Positions 1-9,478 of a stretch of DNA of 64,000 nucleotides are shown piece after piece. The first letter of the stretch is position 1; the number at the start of each line of letters is the position of its first letter. The DNA lies in NCBI GenBank assembly GCA_021773175.1, contig JAJFKO010000059.1, positions 845 to 64,844 of the forward strand, given 5' to 3'. Origin of the DNA: Gammaproteobacteria bacterium. GTDB taxonomy: Bacteria > Pseudomonadota > Gammaproteobacteria > JAJFKO01. A model generated the notes under the pieces. That model was not told the origin of the DNA, did not search any database, and saw only the letters and a program-made list of their open reading frames with translations. A program made the translations under genes and the position numbers.

Positions 1-529
1 CAGCCCGTTGTAAATAAACATCACGAGCACGCTGAAAAAACTGTTGTTGTTCTTGTTCAATACGGTCGAGCTCACCTCGGCTTTGTGTTCGTGTTAATCC
101 TTGTTCTATAGGTAAATCCAGCAAAATGGTAAGATCCGGCTTCAAATCACCAACAACCCATTCATCTAGGAACACAATTTTTTCTGCTGCTATTCCACGA
201 GCAGCACCTTGATAAGCATAACTCGCATCAACAAAGCGATCGCTAACCACCCACTTACCTGCAGCAAGTGAAGGTTTAATAACATGTTCAATATGTTGCG
301 CTCGTCCGGCAAAAAATAATAAAACTTCTGCTGTCGGCGTAATAGGTTCTTGGTGCTCATGTAATACAATATTGCGAATACGCTCAGCAACATCAGTGCC
401 GCCAGGTTCTCGCGTTAATACGAAATCAATGTTTTTATTTTTTAAAAATGACTCGATGCATTGAACCGCAGATGACTTGCCGGCACCTTCAACACCTTCA
501 ATGGTAATAAATCGACCTTTCACTTGCAT
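1..529 (-). CDS. tmk: thymidylate kinase, C-terminus cut by window start
   Basis: Hand translation of the minus strand from ATG at 529: MQVKGRFITIEGVEGAGKSS...EPGGT...DRF..SYAYQG. Classic Tmk P-loop and LID motifs. Not in the ORF track because there is no stop inside the window. The listed 190..393 ORF is a wrong-frame overlap. Confidence 0.85.
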   Translation of the reverse strand, partial: MQVKGRFITIEGVEGAGKSSAVQCIESFLKNKNIDFVLTREPGGTDVAERIRNIVLHEHQEPITPTAEVLLFFAGRAQHIEHVIKPSLAAGKWVVSDRFVDASYAYQGAARGIAAEKIVFLDEWVVGDLKPDLTILLDLPIEQGLTRTQSRGELDRIEQEQQQFFQRARDVYLQRA

Positions 530-537
530 GTTTCTTC

Positions 538-1908
538 CTATTTAAAGGCGCTAACCAAAAGTAAATTAAGTGATGGCAACAATGCTAACCAAATCGCAGC
601 AAAAGGAAAATGCTGCCTTACTCCTGTACGTTCACCAATTAATTTCATATGTGCTTGTTTATACAATAGAATCACCAAAACAACAAATAAAATTAACAAT
701 CCATAGAACTGGTAAGCATATCGAGTAAACATATAGGCAGGATTGTTAGCACTTTGAGCAGGAACGAGCATATAAGGAACATTCATTAAAAATAAACTGA
801 TTAGTAATGTAAAGATTATCGGCAAATTATAATAATATTTTTCAATAAATTTTATACTCAATAGTAAAGCAATCAATAAGACAGGAAAATAATATACCCA
901 CCCTAGCGGTGACAATAAAATCATGGCACATAAAACATAACTAAAATTCAAATCAAAACGTTGTTTGTCATCTTTCTGTTGACGTGTATTAAAAAACAAA
1001 ACACTTACAACGAATATAGCGGAAATAATATAGAGGCTGTGCGCAATTATAGGTATGTTGAGAATAGGCTGATTAAATGAGCCACCGAAAATACGCGATA
1101 AGAAACCATATAGTGATGCATTCCAACTTGCAGCAAACCAATCAGCAACGTGCAAAATCGCTATATAATCAATATAATTCTTACTGCCAACGATGCATAA
1201 GGTAATCAGATTTAAAATAATAAATGTTGTAACCATATACGCGAGTAAGCGCCAACGTTTTAAAAATAAGAAGTAAATTAAAAACATTCCAATAAACAGT
1301 TTTAAGGTTAGCAACAAGCCGAGCAGTACTCCTGCGGCTTTATCTCTACCGCTTCTTGACCAAGTCCAGCTAAATACTAAACCTGCAAATATAAATAGCC
1401 CGAGTTCCGCATAGCCAAAATTACTATAAACCGTAATGCTACCCAAAAACGCCGCGAGTCCCGCTACCATAAAGAGTAGATTATAGCGTTGTGGAAATAT
1501 TTTCTTTAACAAGTACAAAAATGCGCCAACACCCGCAATAAAAGATATTAGCAACCAACATGCAAGCGCTTGCTGATAAGTTAGTAACGCTAATGGTGTG
1601 ATTAATAATATAAAAAATGGTGAGTTTAATTCTGTCGAATGCTTTACACCAAGAAATGGAATTACTGGCGGTATATGTTTATAAACTGTCGCAATTTTTC
1701 GAACATTATAGTGCGCCCAATCTATTTTCATATACATCAGATGATGCTTAAGGAAGTCTTTAGCTGCCGAATAGAACATAGAGAAATCTGTTGCCAAATT
1801 TTTCTCTACCATTGTAACCATGATGATAGTCGTGGCTACTAGCATAACTATTAGCATACATATCGCCAACCATGTTAATACTGAACTAAAACTATTTTTT
1901 GGTGTCAT
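538..1908 (-). CDS. polytopic membrane protein, paralog 1 of 3; probable GT-C-fold glycosyltransferase (DUF2029/GT87-like)
   Basis: 456 aa with about 12 predicted TM helices. First loop carries D-F-x-x-F-Y-x-A-A. Shared motifs with the two paralogs: KLF(I/L)G(M/L)FLIYF..RWRLL, SWNASL.G...R..GG, LLSPLGW(V/L)YYFP(V/L)LL. 8-nt gap to tmk start. Confidence 0.5.
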   Translation of the reverse strand: MTPKNSFSSVLTWLAICMLIVMLVATTIIMVTMVEKNLATDFSMFYSAAKDFLKHHLMYMKIDWAHYNVRKIATVYKHIPPVIPFLGVKHSTELNSPFFILLITPLALLTYQQALACWLLISFIAGVGAFLYLLKKIFPQRYNLLFMVAGLAAFLGSITVYSNFGYAELGLFIFAGLVFSWTWSRSGRDKAAGVLLGLLLTLKLFIGMFLIYFLFLKRWRLLAYMVTTFIILNLITLCIVGSKNYIDYIAILHVADWFAASWNASLYGFLSRIFGGSFNQPILNIPIIAHSLYIISAIFVVSVLFFNTRQQKDDKQRFDLNFSYVLCAMILLSPLGWVYYFPVLLIALLLSIKFIEKYYYNLPIIFTLLISLFLMNVPYMLVPAQSANNPAYMFTRYAYQFYGLLILFVVLVILLYKQAHMKLIGERTGVRQHFPFAAIWLALLPSLNLLLVSAFK

Positions 1909-3058
1909 GCGTTTGCTTTTTTATATTTATTTCGCTGCCATCTTTATTATGACGATGAAACTTATGCTCTTTAATATATTCAATACGATGCTCTTCATCA
2001 ATTTCTTCACGCTCATGCTCGAGAATTTTCTCGTTTTTCTTAATCATTTTGGCGTTGAGAATATATTTCTTAACATTAGCATTATGTTGCTTTAATGTGG
2101 CTGAAAACACATGTGAACCATCACCCTTGCCGATAGCAACAAAATATAAATAATTCCCTGCCGCGGGATTGACCGCAGCTTTTAACGATGCCAACCCTGG
2201 TAACGCAATTGGCGTTGGCGGCAAACCTTTATTCAAATACGTGTTGTATGGCGTATTCAAACGTAGCTCGCTTCGCGTTAAAGTATTGCCATTATAATCG
2301 TAGTAGATACCATAAAGTAGTGTTGGATCAATTTGCAAGTACATATTCTTTTCCAAGCGTCTAACAATAACACCGGCAACCATCGCCCGCTCTTTTGGCA
2401 CACCGGTTTCTTTCTCAATCATAGATGCAACAATTAATGCTTGATAAGCAGTTTTAAACGGTAAATTCTTAGCGCGCTTTTGCCAAACTTTATGTAATCG
2501 TTTTTTCATCAACTGATAAGCTTTACGTAATACATAGCGATCAGATGTTCCGCGGGAAAACATATAGGTATCAGGGAAAAAACGTCCTTCAGGATGCTCG
2601 TTAGGATAACCGAGTTTTGTCATCACTTCATTTCTGCTCAATCCTTTCAACGTATGCTTTAAAAACTCATTCTTTTCTACTGCGCGTAACATGCGTTTAA
2701 AGGTCCATCCTTCAATAATCGTTAAACGATGCAAGATTACTTTACCCTTAACCATCATGTTAATTAATTGTTGCGGTTTCATTCCTGGAGAAATCTTATA
2801 TTCACCTGCCCGTAAAATTTTACCATCACGTTCAACACGAACCATAATGTCAAAAAATATAGGGTGGCGTATTAGACCTAACTTATATAATTGATGCGCA
2901 AAATCGCTAGTAGACTTACCTTTTTTAAACATGATATAAGTCGGTTGATCGCGCTTAACAAGAGGAGTATTTAAAAAGTTATACCATTCGGCTGCAAACC
3001 AGCCAATAATTAGACTCAACATGATTAAAACAATAATTGTTGTAAAACGCTTAATCAA
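1892..3058 (-). CDS. mltG: endolytic murein transglycosylase MltG (YceG-like) with an unusual K/E-rich C-terminal tail
   Basis: N-terminal TM, YceG signature GYPNEHPEGRFFPDTY, catalytic E region. About 55 extra C-terminal residues rich in K/E/H (KKNEKILEHEREEIDEEHRIEYIKEHKFHRHNK...). Overlaps paralog 1 start by 17 nt. Confidence 0.85.
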   Translation of the reverse strand: MIKRFTTIIVLIMLSLIIGWFAAEWYNFLNTPLVKRDQPTYIMFKKGKSTSDFAHQLYKLGLIRHPIFFDIMVRVERDGKILRAGEYKISPGMKPQQLINMMVKGKVILHRLTIIEGWTFKRMLRAVEKNEFLKHTLKGLSRNEVMTKLGYPNEHPEGRFFPDTYMFSRGTSDRYVLRKAYQLMKKRLHKVWQKRAKNLPFKTAYQALIVASMIEKETGVPKERAMVAGVIVRRLEKNMYLQIDPTLLYGIYYDYNGNTLTRSELRLNTPYNTYLNKGLPPTPIALPGLASLKAAVNPAAGNYLYFVAIGKGDGSHVFSATLKQHNANVKKYILNAKMIKKNEKILEHEREEIDEEHRIEYIKEHKFHRHNKDGSEINIKKQTHDTKK

Positions 3059-3070
3059 AGAATCATACTC

Positions 3071-4426
3071 CTAGAAAACATGAGGAATCACAAAAACAAC
3101 ACACAGTATTGATGGTAAAAATAACCATGGCAAAATGTTCTGCCATACTGATAACGAATCTACAGCAATAACCTTAGCCTGTGGCTCTATTAGTAGTTTT
3201 TTACGCACTATAATCAAGTTAGAAAATAATAGCAATAAACCATAGCAGGCTAGAGCATTACTGGAAAATAATTGTAACCATCCTGAAGCTATATGGTGAG
3301 CAAGACCAACAGGCCAGTTTGTTAAAATAAACGCTAAAAACATTGATGCTATCCAATATGATGAGAGCTGATAACTATACATAAAGCTAAAACATAATAA
3401 AAACACGAGCAATAGCAGCGGAAAATAATACAACCAGCCAAGCGGCGATAATAACAGCATGGTAACCAGCGTTAAGCAAAAGCCAATATCAAATTGAGAA
3501 GCACTATCATGTTCATGTTGTTGAGATTGTATTAGCGATATATCTCGCAAATACAAATAAAAACAAGTAATTGCTAATACAGCATAAGACAGAATTTCTT
3601 GTAATGACCAATGTACAATGACACTAGCATTATTCTGCCCTAATAATCGCGTTACCAACCCTAACAATGAAGCATTCCAACTTGCTGAATACCAATCAAT
3701 ACTATGAATAACATGCCAATAATTAATATATGCAGCACTACCAAAAACCCACGCCCCAATCAGCAACGTTAACAGAAAAGTAATCATTGCATAACAGAGT
3801 AATCGCCAGCGCCGTAATAATAGAAAGTAGATTAAAAACAAACCCAGAAATAATTTCATACCAAGAGTAAATCCAAGAATCACACCCGCTATATTGTCAC
3901 GACCTTTTCGCGCGCTTAGCCAAAAACAAATCAGAAAGAAGTACAGAATTAAGCCAAATTGACCATAAGCAATATTGGCATAAGTCGGAAAGTAGGCAAG
4001 CAAAAGTATAATCGATAATAATATTTGTTTGGTAGAACTTAATTTAAGGGTAAAGGTTTTTAGCAATAATAATGTCGCCATAAAACCTAATAATAAAGAT
4101 AAACATGTCCAGATAATAAAGGCCTGTGAATAACTGAGATAGGCAAAAGGCAGTATTAAACTAACAACAAATGGAGGGTTAAGATTTTCAGAATATTTAA
4201 TCAGTGGTGATAATTTCGCTCGCATACCTTTTGTTGTGAAATAAAGATTTTGTCGCTGCCGAGTATAAATTGATTCTTGATGATGGTAAGCATGCACAGA
4301 CTCATAGAAAGAGGTAAAGTCTGTCGCAATATTATTGCTGGCTTTGTAATAAGTCACACCGCCATATGCCAATAACAAGATCGGTAATAAACAAAGTATC
4401 GCTAAATAGTGGTATTTATTTAACAT
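3071..4426 (-). CDS. polytopic membrane protein, paralog 2 of 3 (GT-C/DUF2029-like)
   Basis: Same motif set as paralog 1 (NIATDFTSFYESVHAY; KLFLGLFLIYFLLLRRWRLL; SWNASLLG; LLSPLGWLYYFPLLLL). The ORF track start is 4498. The likelier start is ATG at 4426, overlapping the upstream paralog's TGA as TGATG (translational coupling). Coordinates given for that start. Confidence 0.5.
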   Translation of the reverse strand: MLNKYHYLAILCLLPILLLAYGGVTYYKASNNIATDFTSFYESVHAYHHQESIYTRQRQNLYFTTKGMRAKLSPLIKYSENLNPPFVVSLILPFAYLSYSQAFIIWTCLSLLLGFMATLLLLKTFTLKLSSTKQILLSIILLLAYFPTYANIAYGQFGLILYFFLICFWLSARKGRDNIAGVILGFTLGMKLFLGLFLIYFLLLRRWRLLCYAMITFLLTLLIGAWVFGSAAYINYWHVIHSIDWYSASWNASLLGLVTRLLGQNNASVIVHWSLQEILSYAVLAITCFYLYLRDISLIQSQQHEHDSASQFDIGFCLTLVTMLLLSPLGWLYYFPLLLLVFLLCFSFMYSYQLSSYWIASMFLAFILTNWPVGLAHHIASGWLQLFSSNALACYGLLLLFSNLIIVRKKLLIEPQAKVIAVDSLSVWQNILPWLFLPSILCVVFVIPHVF

Positions 4427-5817
4427 CAACTCACTACCGCCACAAAAGCATTTGCAATAATACTTAGCATTGAGGGTAATAACGCTAAGGCTAAACACAT
4501 CAATGTTATTTTATTTTCTCGTTGTAATATGACGCCTTTATTTTCATTTACACTTTTAGGCAGATAAAAAAATATTAAAATCAGTATCAGTAACGCATAA
4601 AAATAACTAGACGCCGCTGTTAACGAATACAATGTAGAACCAAGCTTCGCAGAATAAATTATTGTACTCGGAAGCGTAGCTAAAAAGACAACAACAATAA
4701 TTGCGTAGCGTATTTTATAATTGCCATTAAACTGATCTGTATAATGCCAAATCATAGCTAATGGCAATAATAAAACTGGAAAGTAATATACCCAGCCTAA
4801 AGGCGAAAGAAATAGCATTGCCACTACACAAAATGCATAGCCCAAATCAAACATCATCAGCTTATCAAGTGGCTTAGCATGTTTCATTGTAGGTGGTGTC
4901 TGTTGTTGTTTAGCATATTGAAATATTTTCCAGCTAAGCAAAAGCCAAATACCAACATAGATTATATTTTTCAGTAGCGGCAATGACCAAACAGAATATG
5001 GATAACGTCCACCAAATAAACGCGTTAAATAACCGAATAAAGAACCATTCCAGTTACCTTGAAACCAATGAACACCGTGTAAATTAGCAAAGTAAATAAG
5101 ATAAGCATGCTGCCCAACCAATGGTAAAGTACAAATAAAAATAAGCAGAAAACTGATAATCATTGCCGCAACCATTCGCCATTGTCGGCAAAAAATGAAA
5201 TAGATAAAGAAGAGCCCAATAAACAATTTTATCGTTGCAAGAAGTCCCAAAACTAAACCTGCGGTAACAAAAAAGCCACGTCGACATAAATACCAACTCG
5301 CAATGACACCACAACTTATTATTGTACCCACCTGTCCTAATAATATATTTGCAAGTAAAGGGAAACAAGCAAACATTAAAATATATAACGCCAGTTTTTT
5401 ATACGGGTAATGCTCTAGCAATTCCGTTCTATTAATTATCCAAACTGATAAAGCAGCCAATAGTAGAGACATAATCCCCCACACCCAATAAGCAGTGCGA
5501 TATGAAAGAAGAGCAAGAGGTGATATGAGAAAATAAAAACTCGGCATATTTAAATTTGCGGAATTACTCTGTTGCCACAGCTGCTGGATTGTTGGATGCT
5601 GAACCGCGTAATGATGCAGCGGTTTCACAAGTACGGGTTGATAGATATTTGTCCCAGCCAGTATTGCATGGGCAGAACGATAAAACATTAATAAATCGCT
5701 CGACATATTATGATTAGCTTTAAAAGCGACAACAATAATATTACAAATAATAAAAAATGATAAAACTAGAACGCCTTGCAGAAAACGTCGGCGATTGATT
5801 TGATTTAAGGCTATCAT
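4426..5817 (-). CDS. polytopic membrane protein, paralog 3 of 3 (GT-C/DUF2029-like)
   Basis: 463 aa. Motifs NMSSDLLMFYRSAHA; IKLFIGLFFIYFIFCRQWRM; NWNGSLFGYLTRLFGG; FLSPLGWVYYFPVLLL. Starts 14 nt after the fabF stop. Confidence 0.5.
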   Translation of the reverse strand: MIALNQINRRRFLQGVLVLSFFIICNIIVVAFKANHNMSSDLLMFYRSAHAILAGTNIYQPVLVKPLHHYAVQHPTIQQLWQQSNSANLNMPSFYFLISPLALLSYRTAYWVWGIMSLLLAALSVWIINRTELLEHYPYKKLALYILMFACFPLLANILLGQVGTIISCGVIASWYLCRRGFFVTAGLVLGLLATIKLFIGLFFIYFIFCRQWRMVAAMIISFLLIFICTLPLVGQHAYLIYFANLHGVHWFQGNWNGSLFGYLTRLFGGRYPYSVWSLPLLKNIIYVGIWLLLSWKIFQYAKQQQTPPTMKHAKPLDKLMMFDLGYAFCVVAMLFLSPLGWVYYFPVLLLPLAMIWHYTDQFNGNYKIRYAIIVVVFLATLPSTIIYSAKLGSTLYSLTAASSYFYALLILILIFFYLPKSVNENKGVILQRENKITLMCLALALLPSMLSIIANAFVAVVS

Positions 5818-5831
5818 TGTTTAACTACAAA

Positions 5832-7073
5832 CTAGGATATTTCAGTAAAAACTAAGCTACCATTAGTGCCACCAAAGCCAAATGAATTAGAAAGACTGAC
5901 TTTAATATTTCTTTCTTGTGCGGTATGTGCAACAAAGTTTAAATCACAACCTTCACTTGGGTTATCTAAGTTTATAGTAGGCGGCGCGACATTATCACAT
6001 AATGCCATAATTGCAAAAATAGCTTCAACAGCTCCCGCAGCTCCTAATAAATGACCCGTCATAGATTTTGTTGAACTAACCGCAAGCTTATGAGCATGAT
6101 CTTTAAAGGCCGTTTTAACCGCTAAATTCTCAACTTCATCCCCAGCCGGAGTTGATGTTGCATGCGCATTAATATAGTCAACTGAATCAGGATTTAGTTC
6201 AGCATCGCTTAATGCTGCCAGCATACTGCTCATTGCTCCTTTGCCCTCTTGTTCAGGTAAGGTCATATGATAAGCATCAGCCGTCGCCCCGAAACCTTTC
6301 AACTCAGCATAGATTTTGGCACCACGCTGCTTCGCATGTTCATATTCTTCTAAAACTAAAATACCAGCACCATCACCTAAGACAAAACCATCACGATCTT
6401 TATCCCATGGACGACTAGCACGTTGAGGGTCATCATTGCGTGTAGATAGTGCCCGCATAGAAGAGAAACCACCAACCCCTAATAATGAGGTTGCCATTTC
6501 GGCACCACCAGAAATCATTATATCGGCATCACCATATGCAACAGTTCTCGCGGCATAACCAATATTATGCGTACCCGTTGTACAAGCGGAGACTAAAGCA
6601 ATATTTGGTCCTGTTAAACCATATTTAATAGAAACCATACCTGCAGCAGTATTAATAATGGCACCAGGAATAAAGAAAGGTGAAATTTTACGCGGCCCAC
6701 CGTCAAGCCATGCTTTATAATTTGTTTCAATTTTAGCAAGACCACCGATACCAGCACCGATCGCCACACCTATTCGACTTAAATCCTGAGTATTAAGATC
6801 AAGACCAGAATCATCTAAAGCTTCTTGACTCGAGGCAAGAGAATATTGCACGAATAGAGCCGTTTTACGGATGTCTTTAGCAGACATAAAAGGACTAGGA
6901 TCGAAATTCTTAACTGTTCCACAAATTCGAGAAGCAAATCCGGAGGCATCAAAGTTATCTATCACGCCAACACCGCTTTTCGCAGCTAAAACATTCTGCC
7001 AAGTATCGGAAACATTTAAACCTAATGGTGTAACCATTCCAAGACCGGTTACCACGACGCGTCGCTTTGTCAC
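5832..7073 (-). CDS. fabF: 3-oxoacyl-ACP synthase II
   Basis: MTKRRVVVTGLGMVTPLG N-terminus. Full-length KAS II with conserved Cys/His/His regions. Confidence 0.9.
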   Translation of the reverse strand: MTKRRVVVTGLGMVTPLGLNVSDTWQNVLAAKSGVGVIDNFDASGFASRICGTVKNFDPSPFMSAKDIRKTALFVQYSLASSQEALDDSGLDLNTQDLSRIGVAIGAGIGGLAKIETNYKAWLDGGPRKISPFFIPGAIINTAAGMVSIKYGLTGPNIALVSACTTGTHNIGYAARTVAYGDADIMISGGAEMATSLLGVGGFSSMRALSTRNDDPQRASRPWDKDRDGFVLGDGAGILVLEEYEHAKQRGAKIYAELKGFGATADAYHMTLPEQEGKGAMSSMLAALSDAELNPDSVDYINAHATSTPAGDEVENLAVKTAFKDHAHKLAVSSTKSMTGHLLGAAGAVEAIFAIMALCDNVAPPTINLDNPSEGCDLNFVAHTAQERNIKVSLSNSFGFGGTNGSLVFTEIS

Positions 7074-7305
7074 AACTAAAACCTCATAGAATTAGTGATA
7101 ATCACAGGAGCTAAACTGCTCCTGTAACTATCTCCGTAATGTACTTAATTATAGTAAATTCAACAAGACATCTAAGTCACTCACAATAAAATGAGCTAAA
7201 ATATTTCAGCTCACCCATGGAAAATTCTTATCATCCTGCGGCTATAGACAAGTAACATTGCTAGACACTTACACCTTGTCTGCGCCTAAAACCTGAAAAT
7301 AAAAC

Positions 7306-7551
7306 TTATTCTTTTTCTGCTTGATGCTCTTTAATATAATTAATAGCTTGTTGAATTGTAGTGATTTTTTCAGCATCTTCATCTGGGATTTCAGTTTCAA
7401 ACTCTTCTTCAAGAGCCATAACTAATTCCACAGTATCTAAGGAATCTGCACCAAGGTCATCAACAAATGAAGCGTCATTACGAGCATCGTCTTCTTTAAC
7501 ACCTAACTGTTCAACAACGATTTTTTTTACTCTGTCATCTACTGTACTCAT
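7306..7551 (-). CDS. acpP: acyl carrier protein
   Basis: 81 aa; [20 protein letters not shown] phosphopantetheine-attachment motif. Confidence 0.9.
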   Translation of the reverse strand: MSTVDDRVKKIVVEQLGVKEDDARNDASFVDDLGADSLDTVELVMALEEEFETEIPDEDAEKITTIQQAINYIKEHQAEKE

Positions 7552-7724
7552 ATGTACTATCTTCCTCTTAAAAATTGAAACTAAATCTTAAAGCCCATTT
7601 CGCGGTAGTTTATTCAAATCCATTGGCGCGTGCAACTAGCTTTTACAAAAACTCGATATATTTACCCATCGCATTTCGAAGTATGGGCGGTATTTACACA
7701 GAGTCTACGTAAAATCCTTCATTC

Positions 7725-8468
7725 TTAAGCCATAAACATTCCGCCATTCACATGAATAGTTTGTCCTGTAATATAATTTGCAGCGGGTGACGCTAAAAAT
7801 ACTGCAGCAGCAGCTATATCTTGAGGCTGTCCTAAACGCTGCATAGGAATGCCTTGAAAAATTGCCGTTTTCTGTTCATCTGTCAATTTGTTAGTCATAT
7901 CGGTTTCAATAAAACCAGGAGCAATCAAATTGGCAGTAATATTTCGTGTTGCGACTTCATAAGCTAAGGATTTAGTAAACCCCACTAAGCCCGCTTTTGC
8001 TGCCGCATAATTTGCTTGCCCAGGATTGCCTGTATAACCAACAACCGAACTAATATTAATAATGCGGCCCCAGCGTGCTTTTAACATGCCTTTTAAACAC
8101 AATTTACTCAATTTAAAAACTGCCGTAAGATTGGTTTGCATAACATCTTGCCATTCTTGGTCTTTCATCCTTAATAACAGATTGTCACAATTGATAGCCG
8201 CATTGTTGACGAGGATATCAATTTTGCCAGCTTTTTCTTGAGCATTAGCAAAAGCAGATTCGATACTGGCGTCATCTTTAGCATTAAATATAATTCCAGA
8301 CCCGGCTAAATTTGCTTCCGCCATTGTTTGAGCAAATTTCTCAGCACCTTGTTCACTTGTTGCAGTGCCAATAACTGTCGCGCCATGTTTAGCTAAATCT
8401 AATGCGATGGCATGGCCAATACCTCGACTTGCTCCAGTAACAAGAGCGATTTTGCCTTCTAAATTCAT
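7725..8468 (-). CDS. fabG: 3-oxoacyl-ACP reductase
   Basis: MNLEGKIALVTGASRGIG Rossmann motif and SDR catalytic YxxxK. Start moved to the FabG-like MNLEGK. Confidence 0.9.
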   Translation of the reverse strand: MNLEGKIALVTGASRGIGHAIALDLAKHGATVIGTATSEQGAEKFAQTMAEANLAGSGIIFNAKDDASIESAFANAQEKAGKIDILVNNAAINCDNLLLRMKDQEWQDVMQTNLTAVFKLSKLCLKGMLKARWGRIINISSVVGYTGNPGQANYAAAKAGLVGFTKSLAYEVATRNITANLIAPGFIETDMTNKLTDEQKTAIFQGIPMQRLGQPQDIAAAAVFLASPAANYITGQTIHVNGGMFMA

Positions 8469-8532
8469 CATAATCATCCCCCTATCAACATTTTCAACAG
8501 ATGAAACTAAACCTTGATTTAGCCGTTGCCAT

Positions 8533-9465
8533 CTACTGCGGAATTAAGGCTAAACGTAAACTTTCCGCAATAACGGATTGAGTTGCAATATCTTTTGTGA
8601 TGCGTTTATTTAATCCTGCAAGCACTTTGCCAGGACCACACTCCATAAAAACATCAACATTCTGTTGCGAAAGATACTCAATAATTTCAATCCAGCGTAC
8701 CGGCATATACAATTGTCGAATCAGCGCGTCTTGAATCGCACTGACCTCATTATTTATTGCGACATCAACATTATTCACAACAGCAACTTTAGGTTGCTGC
8801 CAAGTCATTGCTTTAACCACACTAATGAACTTTTCTGCAGCACTTTGCATTAACAAACAGTGAGATGGGACACTTACTTCAAGTAATTTCGCCTTCTTAG
8901 CGCCAACAGACTTAGCCTGTTCCACCGCTCTATTCACAGCATCAGTATGACCGGCAATAACAATTTGTCCCGGTGAATTATAATTTGCCGCACTTAATAT
9001 TTGTCCTTCCGCTGCTTGCTGACAAAGCACATTTACTTTGTCGGAATCTAAACCAATAATTGCAGCCATGCCTCCCTGTCCTGCCGGCACGGCTTCTTGC
9101 ATTAAGCGACCACGCTCAGCAACCAGCTTAATTGCATCAGCGAAATCAATTGCTCCAGCACAAACCAAAGCAGCATATTCCCCTAAACTATGGCCAGCGA
9201 AATAAATAGGCTCAGCTTGATTCAATTGTTGCCAAACACGATAGACGGCAACATCAGCAGCTAATAAAACGGGCTGTGTAAATTGCGTTTGATTTAATTT
9301 TTCTTCAGGACCATGTTGAGCTAACTGCCAGGCATCATAGCCCAAAATAGCAGAAGCTTGCTGAAAGGTTTCTTCAACAATAGAAAAAGTTTGAGCAAGC
9401 TCTGCAAGCATTGCGACAGCTTGTGAGCCTTGACCAGGAAAAACAAAAGCTAGATTTTGTGTCAT
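8533..9465 (-). CDS. fabD: malonyl-CoA:ACP transacylase
   Basis: AFVFPGQGSQ and GHSLGEYAAL motifs. Start set at MTQNLAFVFPG. Confidence 0.9.
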   Translation of the reverse strand: MTQNLAFVFPGQGSQAVAMLAELAQTFSIVEETFQQASAILGYDAWQLAQHGPEEKLNQTQFTQPVLLAADVAVYRVWQQLNQAEPIYFAGHSLGEYAALVCAGAIDFADAIKLVAERGRLMQEAVPAGQGGMAAIIGLDSDKVNVLCQQAAEGQILSAANYNSPGQIVIAGHTDAVNRAVEQAKSVGAKKAKLLEVSVPSHCLLMQSAAEKFISVVKAMTWQQPKVAVVNNVDVAINNEVSAIQDALIRQLYMPVRWIEIIEYLSQQNVDVFMECGPGKVLAGLNKRITKDIATQSVIAESLRLALIPQ

Positions 9466-9478
9466 ATTTTGCTCCCTA

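Noticed and set aside
190-393. ORF-track 67-aa minus-strand ORF inside the tmk region
   Set aside because: Wrong frame. Hand translation shows the real gene is tmk in a different frame running 529 down to the window edge. This ORF is an overlapping artefact.
1639-2095. Plus-strand ORFs (1639-1842, 1820-2095) antisense to the membrane paralog and mltG
   Set aside because: Embedded antisense in well-supported genes. Low-complexity AT-rich translation with no motifs.
5084-5368. 94-aa minus-strand ORF inside paralog 3; 5866-6054, 6212-6418 and 6871-7089 plus-strand ORFs inside fabF
   Set aside because: Alternative-frame or antisense ORFs within conserved genes. No independent support.
7102-7125. 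Hairpin ACAGGAGC-taaact-GCTCCTGT downstream of acpP
   Set aside because: No following T-run on the coding (minus) strand. Could still be an mRNA-stability stem, but not a convincing intrinsic terminator.
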